Under the pieces are notes generated by a model. The model was given only the letters and a program-made list of their open reading frames with translations, had not been told where the DNA came from and searched no databases. DNA of 64,000 nt, taken from contig CAIWKO010000022.1 of NCBI GenBank assembly GCA_903913285.1, positions 5,230-69,229 on the forward strand, read 5' to 3'. Positions 56,670 to 64,000 of the stretch are shown in pieces. How positions within the stretch are numbered: position 1 is the first letter of the stretch; each line of letters starts with the position of its first letter. The translations under genes and the position numbers were made by a program. The DNA comes from an uncultured Bacteroidales bacterium. Lineage in GTDB: Bacteria; Bacteroidota; Bacteroidia; Bacteroidales; CAIWKO01.

Positions 56670-59600
56670 ATGAAAAATAGATTTTTAATTATTTTTTTCT
56701 TAAGTTTCTTCTGCTCGCTGTTTTCTTTTGGTCAACACACTAAAACATCCCAGTTCGCAACAAGTTCTGTATTAGCCGATGGTATATGGTATAAAATCGG
56801 AACAACTGCCGACGGTGTTTACAAACTCACCTACCAAAACCTTATCGATCTGGGGCTTCCCGAACCCATAAAATCATCCGATTTACGTCTCTACGGCAAC
56901 GGCGGAGCTATGCTCCCCGAACCCAATGCCGGATTTCGCTGCGACGACCTCATCGAAAACGCTGTTTACATTAGCGATAACGGGGACGGATACATCAATC
57001 CAGGCGACTATATACTGTTCTACGGGCAAAGCACCACCCTATGGGCCTATGATCCGGCAAGCCTTACTTTTATACATACTAAAAACCTTTACGCCGACAC
57101 CGCTTACTATTTCATTACACTAAAACCCGGAATTGCAAAAAGGGTAACCAGCTATCTCAATATAACAGCCGCAGCCGATACCAGTGTTGATTTTTTTAAC
57201 GATTACCAATGTCATGAAATTGATTCATTAAACTTGCTCATGACAGGAAAAAGATGGCTGGGTGAAGTATTTGGTCAAACCACCATTCACAACTTTACCT
57301 GTATATTTCCCAATGTAGATAAAACCAACCCTGCACAGGCAGGGTTTATGGTTTGGGCGCGCTGTCAACAGGCAAGCGCCTTCCAGATATCGCTAAATTC
57401 TAATAGCGCTGCCGACACACTTTTACCTATTGATGGCAATATAAATGCAGATTATGCAAATACAGGTCTCATTTCCATGAATTTTGTACCGAATTCCGAC
57501 ACTTTCAACATTCAAATCACTTACAACAAACCCGACGACGGAGCTATTGCCTGGCTCGACTATTTCGATATCAACGTTAGACGGAATTTAGTTTACAACG
57601 GCAACCAGCTACTTTTCAGAACACTTGCCACAATAGGGCTCCCCGTATGCCAGTTTAACATTCAAAATTCAGGTAACACTTTTAGGGTATGGTTGCCCGG
57701 TATGAATGGCGATGTGAGTGAAATGAACCTTACATCAGCTTCGGGCATCACTTCTTTCAAAGCAAACACCGATAGTTTGATTGGTTTTGTGGCTTTTGAC
57801 GATAACAATATACTGACGCCTGCTTTGATCGGAAGTATTGCCAACCAAAACCTTCATGCCATTTCGCAAGCCGATCTGATCATTGTTACCCATCCTGCTT
57901 TTATTTCGCAAGCCAACAGTATTGCCGACTTTCACCGCAATAACGATAATATGCAGGTTGTTGTGGTTACCACCAATCAAATATACAACGAATTTTCGTC
58001 GGGAAAACAGGATGTGACTGCAATACGCGATTTTGCGCGCATGATTTATATGCGGGGAGCAAATGACTCAATAAACCGACTGAAATATCTTTTACTTTTG
58101 GGCGATGGTTCTTACGATATGAAAAACCGCATCTCACCAAACTCTAATTATATACCTACCTGGCAAACCGAAAACTCTGTTCTGCCAACGTCTTCCTATG
58201 TTTCCGACGATTTTTACGGCATGCTCGATTCAATTGAAGGTGGCGATATCACTAGCGGGAAACTTGATATTGGTATAGGCCGCTTACCTGTTAGTTCCAT
58301 AAATGATGCTGATGCAATGGTCGGAAAAATAATTCGCTACGGAACAAAAAAGGATTTTCTGGAAAACTCATACGAAAATAACTTAATTTCCAATTATGAT
58401 TCTTGGCGTAATCAATTTTGTGTAATTGCCGACGACGAAGATGGCAATCTGCATTTAAATCAAGCCGAAAGACTTTGCTCATCGCTCGATTCGCTGACAA
58501 AATCGGTTAATATCCACAAAATTTACCTCGATGCCTATCAGGAAATTCATACTACAACCGGCGATACTTATCCTGACGTGAACGATGCCGTGAATAAAGA
58601 AATGTCGCAGGGCACCTTGATGATAAATTATATCGGACATGGAGGCGAGTACGGATTGGCTGCAGAAGGTATACTTACCATGGGCGATATTGGTAAATAT
58701 AACAATTATTATAATTTGCCTGTTTTTGTCACTGCTACCTGTGAATTTAGCCGCTACGACAACCCCAGCTTGACCTCAGCCGGAGAACGGATATTATTAA
58801 AACCCAACGGAGGCGGTATAGCTTTATTTTCAACTACCCGCGTAGCTTACGCATCTTCGAACGAGATCATTAACAAAAATTTAATTAGAGTCTCTTTTGC
58901 TAAAAACACTAATGGCATTATCCGTCTGGGAGACATCGTGAAACAATCAAAAAACCGATGCGGTTCTGGTGTTTATATGCAGAACTTTACGCTACTCGGT
59001 GACCCTGCCCTTTCAATGGCGTTTCCTGAATATAAAGTAGTAACTGAGCATTTAAAGATCGATACAATAAAAGCTGCTACCGACACATTGAACAACGAAA
59101 ATGTTGTTGAAGTTTCGGGATATATCAGCGATAAATCTGGAAATAAACAAACATGGTTTAATGGAAGTATCTATCCCTGTGTATACGACAAACCTGCAAA
59201 ATGCAATACATTGGCTAATGATCCGGGCTTAAGTTATGCAACAAGTTTTTATCAGCAGCAATCCGTTTTATATCGCGGAAACATCAGTGTGGTAAACGGT
59301 GAATTCACATTCTCTTTCTTTGTACCAAAAGATATTAGCTTCTCTGATGGTTATGGAAAGATATTATACTATGCAAAAAATTCCGAGTTTGATGCTGGCG
59401 GAGTAACCGATAGTTTACTATTGAAGAATAATGGCATATCAACCAATCCTGATATACTCGGCCCTGATATCTTGCTGTATATGGGTGATAGAACTTTTGT
59501 TCCGAACGGAAAAACCGGTCCCAATCCGCTTTTTTTAGCCTATTTGCACGATACAAGCGGCATTAATAGTTGCGGATTAAGTCTGGGGCATGAGATCACT

Positions 59601-60113
59601 GCAGTTCTTGACCATGAAAACAACGCCACGTATTATTTTGATGATAATTACATTCAAGACCCTGATACGTATACTTCAGGCAAAACTTCGTATCAGTTTT
59701 CAGGATTGGCTACCGGCGAACATAAAATTACTTTAAAAGCATGGGATCTGCTTGATAATTCTGCTGAAAAAGAACTCGGGTTTATAGTTTTAGACACCGA
59801 AGAAGTGAATTTAGGAGGTATTTATAATTATCCTGATCCGGTTACAGACTATACTTGGTTTTATATCGATCATAATCTGAGCAACGAAATGATGTTTATC
59901 AAAATTATGGTCTACGATATCACTGGAAAAGCCGTCGCAGAAATTGATAACACAATTTCTTCAGGAGAAGACAAACCTGTAAAGGTTTATTGGAATGCTT
60001 GTAATGCTAATGGGGAACCTTTATCAAAAGGGTTTTATACATACACTGTTAGCTTATCAGATAAAGACGGAAGGATCAGACAACGATCAGAAAAATTTGT
60101 TATCATAAAATAA
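56670..60113 (+). CDS. porU: Type IX secretion system sortase PorU (peptidase C25 family)
   Basis: Start set at ATG 56670 (MKNRFLIIFFLSFFCSLFSFGQ signal). About 1147 aa. Gingipain-like catalytic region (..YLLLLGDGSYD.., ..INYIGHGGE.., ..FVTATCEF..). Immediately followed by porV. Confidence 0.85.
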   Translation: MKNRFLIIFFLSFFCSLFSFGQHTKTSQFATSSVLADGIWYKIGTTADGVYKLTYQNLIDLGLPEPIKSSDLRLYGNGGAMLPEPNAGFRCDDLIENAVYISDNGDGYINPGDYILFYGQSTTLWAYDPASLTFIHTKNLYADTAYYFITLKPGIAKRVTSYLNITAAADTSVDFFNDYQCHEIDSLNLLMTGKRWLGEVFGQTTIHNFTCIFPNVDKTNPAQAGFMVWARCQQASAFQISLNSNSAADTLLPIDGNINADYANTGLISMNFVPNSDTFNIQITYNKPDDGAIAWLDYFDINVRRNLVYNGNQLLFRTLATIGLPVCQFNIQNSGNTFRVWLPGMNGDVSEMNLTSASGITSFKANTDSLIGFVAFDDNNILTPALIGSIANQNLHAISQADLIIVTHPAFISQANSIADFHRNNDNMQVVVVTTNQIYNEFSSGKQDVTAIRDFARMIYMRGANDSINRLKYLLLLGDGSYDMKNRISPNSNYIPTWQTENSVLPTSSYVSDDFYGMLDSIEGGDITSGKLDIGIGRLPVSSINDADAMVGKIIRYGTKKDFLENSYENNLISNYDSWRNQFCVIADDEDGNLHLNQAERLCSSLDSLTKSVNIHKIYLDAYQEIHTTTGDTYPDVNDAVNKEMSQGTLMINYIGHGGEYGLAAEGILTMGDIGKYNNYYNLPVFVTATCEFSRYDNPSLTSAGERILLKPNGGGIALFSTTRVAYASSNEIINKNLIRVSFAKNTNGIIRLGDIVKQSKNRCGSGVYMQNFTLLGDPALSMAFPEYKVVTEHLKIDTIKAATDTLNNENVVEVSGYISDKSGNKQTWFNGSIYPCVYDKPAKCNTLANDPGLSYATSFYQQQSVLYRGNISVVNGEFTFSFFVPKDISFSDGYGKILYYAKNSEFDAGGVTDSLLLKNNGISTNPDILGPDILLYMGDRTFVPNGKTGPNPLFLAYLHDTSGINSCGLSLGHEITAVLDHENNATYYFDDNYIQDPDTYTSGKTSYQFSGLATGEHKITLKAWDLLDNSAEKELGFIVLDTEEVNLGGIYNYPDPVTDYTWFYIDHNLSNEMMFIKIMVYDITGKAVAEIDNTISSGEDKPVKVYWNACNANGEPLSKGFYTYTVSLSDKDGRIRQRSEKFVIIK

Positions 60114-60217
60114 ATTTAAGAAAACACGTTATCATATTGTAAGAAAAATATCACTAATACAATATAATTTTAATTTAATCGTTAATTTTGCAAACACCTA
60201 AAAACACATAATCTGAA

Positions 60218-61453
60218 ATGAAAAGAAATCTCGTATTATTTTTATCTATTATTTTAATCTCTACGAAAATTTTCGCACAAACTAAATCTAATTCGGATTA
60301 TTATAATAAATTAAATACACTTACTACAGCTGTTCCATTTCTTTTAATAGCTCCTGATGCACGCGGTGGTGGATTAGGCGATGCTGGTGTAGCATCATCT
60401 CCCGATGATAATTCACAACATTGGAATCCTGCAAAATACGCCTTTATTGATAAAGATTTCGGCGTTTCTATTTCATACAGCCCGTGGTTACGCAAATTAG
60501 TTAACGATATAAATCTGGCATATTTAGGTGCTTTTAAAAGAATCAATAACCGTCAAACAGTTGCCATGTCGCTGCGCTATTTTTCTTTAGGAAATATTAC
60601 TTTTACGAATGAAACCGGACAAAGTATAGGTTCGTACAAACCAAATGAGTTTGCCGTAGATGCTTCCTATTCGTATAAATTTACCAATACATTTTCCGGA
60701 GCTATCGCTATGCGGTATATTTATTCTAATCTAACCGGTGGAATTTATGTTTCAGGGGCTGCTTCAAAGGCCGGACAATCGGGTGCTGCCGATGTAAGTA
60801 TTTATTATCAAAAGCCGATCAAAGTTAGTAATATGAACACCTTGGTTGCATTTGGTCTAAACATTTCAAATATTGGAGCAAAAATATCATATACCGAAAA
60901 TCTTGACCGCGATTTTATCCCAACAAATTTGCGCGTGGGAGCTTCATACCTCATGAACTTCGACAAGCATAACAGCATGGCTTTGATGATCGATTTAAAT
61001 AAATTATTGGTTCCATCGCCTCCTGCATACAAGCTCGATTCAACCGGAAAATATGTTTACGATGCTTCCGGGAATAAAGTGATTGAAAAAGGAATGGATC
61101 CAAATGTCGGTGTTGTTCGGGGTATGGTCCAATCGTTCTATGATGCTCCGGGTGGATTTAATGAAGAACTTAAAGAGATCAATTATTCATTCGGACTCGA
61201 ATATTGGTACGACAAACAATTCTCTATCCGTGCAGGTTATTTTAACGAAAGCAAAACCAAAGGCGACCGCAAATATGTTACTTTAGGTGCTGGATTGCGT
61301 TACAGCGTTTTTGGGCTTGATTTTGCATACCTGATTCCGGTTACTGCCCGCAACCCGCTTGAAAACACACTCCGTTTTTCATTGCTTTTCAACTTCGATA
61401 AAATAAAAAGCAAAAAAGATAAAGAAGAAAAAACCATCAAGAAAAATGAGTAG
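60218..61453 (+). CDS. porV: Type IX secretion system outer-membrane beta-barrel PorV (LptO)
   Basis: 411 aa. Signal peptide, ..APDARGGGLGDAGVASSPD.NSQHWNPAK.. hallmark and porU-porV synteny. Confidence 0.88.
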   Translation: MKRNLVLFLSIILISTKIFAQTKSNSDYYNKLNTLTTAVPFLLIAPDARGGGLGDAGVASSPDDNSQHWNPAKYAFIDKDFGVSISYSPWLRKLVNDINLAYLGAFKRINNRQTVAMSLRYFSLGNITFTNETGQSIGSYKPNEFAVDASYSYKFTNTFSGAIAMRYIYSNLTGGIYVSGAASKAGQSGAADVSIYYQKPIKVSNMNTLVAFGLNISNIGAKISYTENLDRDFIPTNLRVGASYLMNFDKHNSMALMIDLNKLLVPSPPAYKLDSTGKYVYDASGNKVIEKGMDPNVGVVRGMVQSFYDAPGGFNEELKEINYSFGLEYWYDKQFSIRAGYFNESKTKGDRKYVTLGAGLRYSVFGLDFAYLIPVTARNPLENTLRFSLLFNFDKIKSKKDKEEKTIKKNE

Positions 61454-61916
61454 GATCGGGTTCGGCTTCGACACTCATAAACTCGAAGTTGGTGCTGATT
61501 TATTTCTTGGCGGAATTCTAATCCCTTCCGAAAAAGGTTCTGTGGGTCATTCTGATGCCGATGTACTCATACACGCAATCTGCGATGCATTATTAGGTGC
61601 AGCAAATCTGGGCGATATCGGCACACACTTCCCCGATACCGATCCTCAATTTAAAGGCATCGACAGCAAGAAACTTCTGAAAAAGGTTGTTGCATTGCTC
61701 AATGAAAAAGATTACCGAATTAGCAATATAGACACTACCATCTGTATCGAGAAGCCAAAAATCGCACCTCATATGGAACATATCCGTCAAAAACTTGCCG
61801 AAGTTATCGGGATTCCTGAGTTCGATATTTCAATAAAAGCAAAGACATCCGAAAAACTCGGCTTTATTGGGCGCGAAGAGGGCATCTCAGCCTATGCAGT
61901 TGTCTTGATAGATTAA
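61446..61916 (+). CDS. ispF: 2-C-methyl-D-erythritol 2,4-cyclodiphosphate synthase
   Basis: 156 aa. RIGFGFDTH.., ..GHSDADVL.HA..DA.LGA...GDIG..FPD.. motifs. Confidence 0.93.
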   Translation: MSRIGFGFDTHKLEVGADLFLGGILIPSEKGSVGHSDADVLIHAICDALLGAANLGDIGTHFPDTDPQFKGIDSKKLLKKVVALLNEKDYRISNIDTTICIEKPKIAPHMEHIRQKLAEVIGIPEFDISIKAKTSEKLGFIGREEGISAYAVVLID

Positions 61917-62058
61917 TAATAATCCCACCTACCTCTTTATTAATTAATTCGGCGAAGACATAGCCGTTTTGTTAAAAAACATGTATTATTTTGAAAATAA
62001 ATTTAAAAATTCAAAAATGTTTTTATATTTGCTCATTAAACACCAAACAAAAATTAAT

Positions 62059-64000
62059 ATGAAAAAGATCTTCCTAACCTATGCATTTTTGCTTTTAAGT
62101 TTTGCAATCATGGCTAATCCAATATCTGTTGGGTCAGCTCAAAAAATTGCATCAAATTATTTTATGCACTATGTTGCTGCTAAATCTGATTACAGCATCT
62201 CAAATGTGTTCGTCAAACAGGAAAACAATGTAAACACTTTCTACGCTTTCAATTTTGCGCAGGGAGGTTTTATTTTGATTTCTGCTGATGATGCAGCACT
62301 TCCGGTGTTGTGCTATTCAGAAAACGGCACGTATGACGAAAGTATTATGCCACCACAAGTTAAGTACTGGTATAACAACTACAGCACGCAAATAAAATAC
62401 ATTATCGACGAGAATTTAGATAATACGGAAACCGTAACAGAATGGAATAAATTTTCCAACAATCAGTTTCCTTCTGCCAAAGCACTTGCTGTTAGCCCAT
62501 TATGCTCAACATTATGGGATCAAAGCACGCCATACAATAATAGTTGCCCTACCGGATGTTACACAGGTTGTGTTGCTACTGCCATGGCTCAAATCATGAA
62601 AAAATGGGGTTATCCTACTACGGGTGTTGGATCCCACACATATACTGATGCTGTAAATGGAGTTCTAACCTATAATTTCGCAACAACTTATGATTGGGCT
62701 AATATGATAAACAATTATAGCGGAAGTAGCACTGCTACGCAAAAAGCTGCTGTGGCCAAATTGATGTATGCCTGCGGTGTGAGTGTAAATATGCAATACG
62801 CCACAACCGGTTCGGGAGCTTATTCAGCCGATGTCCCCATTGCGCTTATAAATAATTTTTCATATCAGAACACAGCCGAAATTCAATACGAATCTGCTTT
62901 CACCTCTGCCAATTGGATCAGCTTGCTAAAAGCTGAACTGGATGCAGGTCGACCTGTATTATATTCAGGCGTTGATGGTACCGAAGGTCATGCATTTGTT
63001 TTCGACGGTTATAATGCTTCTAACCAATTTGATGTTAACTGGGGGTGGTCGGGGTCTTCTAATACTTATTATACAATCGGAGCTCTTAACCCCAGTGGAT
63101 ACGCATTCAATACCGATAATTCGGCTGTTGTTCGCATTACTCCTCCTTTGGGCGGACCTATTGCAGATTTCACAGCCAGTAATACCACTCCTGCCGTTGG
63201 CGGAACGGTTAATTTTACGGATGAATCAACCAATGCTACTTCATGGACATGGACCTTCGAAGGAGGTTCGCCTGCTACTTATACAGGACAAACACCTCCG
63301 GCTATTTCTTATGCAAACGCAGGAAAATATCAGGTTATTTTAAAAGTTGCAAATGCCACTATTTATACTGACTCCAAAGTAAAATCAATGTATATCCGGG
63401 TAGGTGGAACACCTTCTGCATGGATCAAACAAAACACAGGATTTACAACACCTGATCGCGGAATAAGCCAAATCAACATTGTGAACCCGAATGTTGTTTG
63501 GGCTGCTGCTTATAACGGAGCTAGTTCAACAAATCCTATTCAGGAATACACCAAAACGGTGAATGGTGGTAACACATGGACTCCCGGAAAAATCACTTTT
63601 ACAGGTTCGGAAGCTTATGCCATTGCTAACTTTTATGCTTTCAGCGATCAGATATGCTATGCTTGTATGTACCCTTCTTTAATAGCCAACGGCGGTTATA
63701 TCGTAAAAACAACCGATGGAGGCACAACCTGGAATATACAAACAACAGCAGATTTCTCTACAAGCTGGGCCGATTTTGTTTATTTCTTTGATGCAAATAA
63801 CGGAGTATGTGTTGGCGATCCACCAACTTCACCTTACAGATTTATGATTTATACTACAAGCAATGGCGGGACAAACTGGACACAGGTTAATATGAGTTCA
63901 ATAGGTCTTTCCACAGGTGAAACAGCAACCGTTAATCAATATGATGCTAAGGGAGATACTATCTGGTTTGGAACAACCACCGGCCGGGTTTTCAGATCGA
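62059..64000 (+). CDS. C10 (streptopain-like) cysteine peptidase with Spi-inhibitor-like N-domain, PKD domain and BNR/Asp-box-like repeats; 3' end outside the window
   Basis: Frame 1 is open from ATG 62059 to the window end. Translation read manually: MKKIFLTYAFLLLSFAIMANPISVGSAQKIASNYF.. ..CSTLWDQSTPYNNSCPTGCYTGCVATAMAQIMKKWGYP... Later ..TDGGTTWN.. and ..NGGTNWT.. repeats. Confidence 0.8.
   Translation, partial: MKKIFLTYAFLLLSFAIMANPISVGSAQKIASNYFMHYVAAKSDYSISNVFVKQENNVNTFYAFNFAQGGFILISADDAALPVLCYSENGTYDESIMPPQVKYWYNNYSTQIKYIIDENLDNTETVTEWNKFSNNQFPSAKALAVSPLCSTLWDQSTPYNNSCPTGCYTGCVATAMAQIMKKWGYPTTGVGSHTYTDAVNGVLTYNFATTYDWANMINNYSGSSTATQKAAVAKLMYACGVSVNMQYATTGSGAYSADVPIALINNFSYQNTAEIQYESAFTSANWISLLKAELDAGRPVLYSGVDGTEGHAFVFDGYNASNQFDVNWGWSGSSNTYYTIGALNPSGYAFNTDNSAVVRITPPLGGPIADFTASNTTPAVGGTVNFTDESTNATSWTWTFEGGSPATYTGQTPPAISYANAGKYQVILKVANATIYTDSKVKSMYIRVGGTPSAWIKQNTGFTTPDRGISQINIVNPNVVWAAAYNGASSTNPIQEYTKTVNGGNTWTPGKITFTGSEAYAIANFYAFSDQICYACMYPSLIANGGYIVKTTDGGTTWNIQTTADFSTSWADFVYFFDANNGVCVGDPPTSPYRFMIYTTSNGGTNWTQVNMSSIGLSTGETATVNQYDAKGDTIWFGTTTGRVFRS

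Overview
The window is a 64-kb segment of a Bacteroidota-type genome. This is inferred from the T9SS genes porU and porV, several proteins with T9SS C-terminal sorting domains, SprB-type repeats and a NuoEFG-less nuo operon. Almost all genes from 0.5 to 56 kb lie on the minus strand. Contents, left to right: (1) an ABC-F ATPase. (2) A hdrCBA-mvhDGA operon plus hydrogenase maturation protease, i.e. a group-3c-like [NiFe] hydrogenase with heterodisulfide-reductase-like proteins. (3) An 11-gene nuoABCDHIJKLMN operon ending in an orphan 113-aa ORF. (4) Divergent hypF-hypC. (5) A visibly AT-rich accessory stretch (23.5-30.9 kb) with surface/T9SS cargo genes, a tandem pair of unknown paralogs and long non-coding spacers. 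(6) A tightly packed lipid/polyketide-like biosynthetic operon at 30.9-40.5 kb: two B12-binding radical SAM enzymes, a KAS III-like enzyme, two crotonases, a thioesterase, a C45 Ntn-hydrolase-like protein and a CrtI-like oxidoreductase. (7) An 8-kb block of lipoproteins, a stand-alone LytTR protein, three small genes each preceded by the same structured ~75-nt element, and an 897-aa T9SS adhesin. (8) A second biosynthetic/export half at 48.5-56.1 kb: a trifunctional MMPL-acyltransferase-methyltransferase, GT2-DUF2062, a second C45 paralog and an acyltransferase. (9) A tRNA-Arg(ACG) followed by a small GIY-YIG gene and a degenerate second copy of the tRNA. (10) porU, porV, ispF and a partial C10 peptidase. 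Most notable: the split orphan biosynthetic cluster with a 155-bp duplicated gene end; the Hdr-Mvh/NDH-1 neighbourhood; several intergenic arrays with a strict ~21-bp period; the triplicated leader element; and the tRNA/GIY-YIG module. No CRISPR array, transposase, integrase or rRNA was seen. All family assignments come from motifs read by eye, not from searches.
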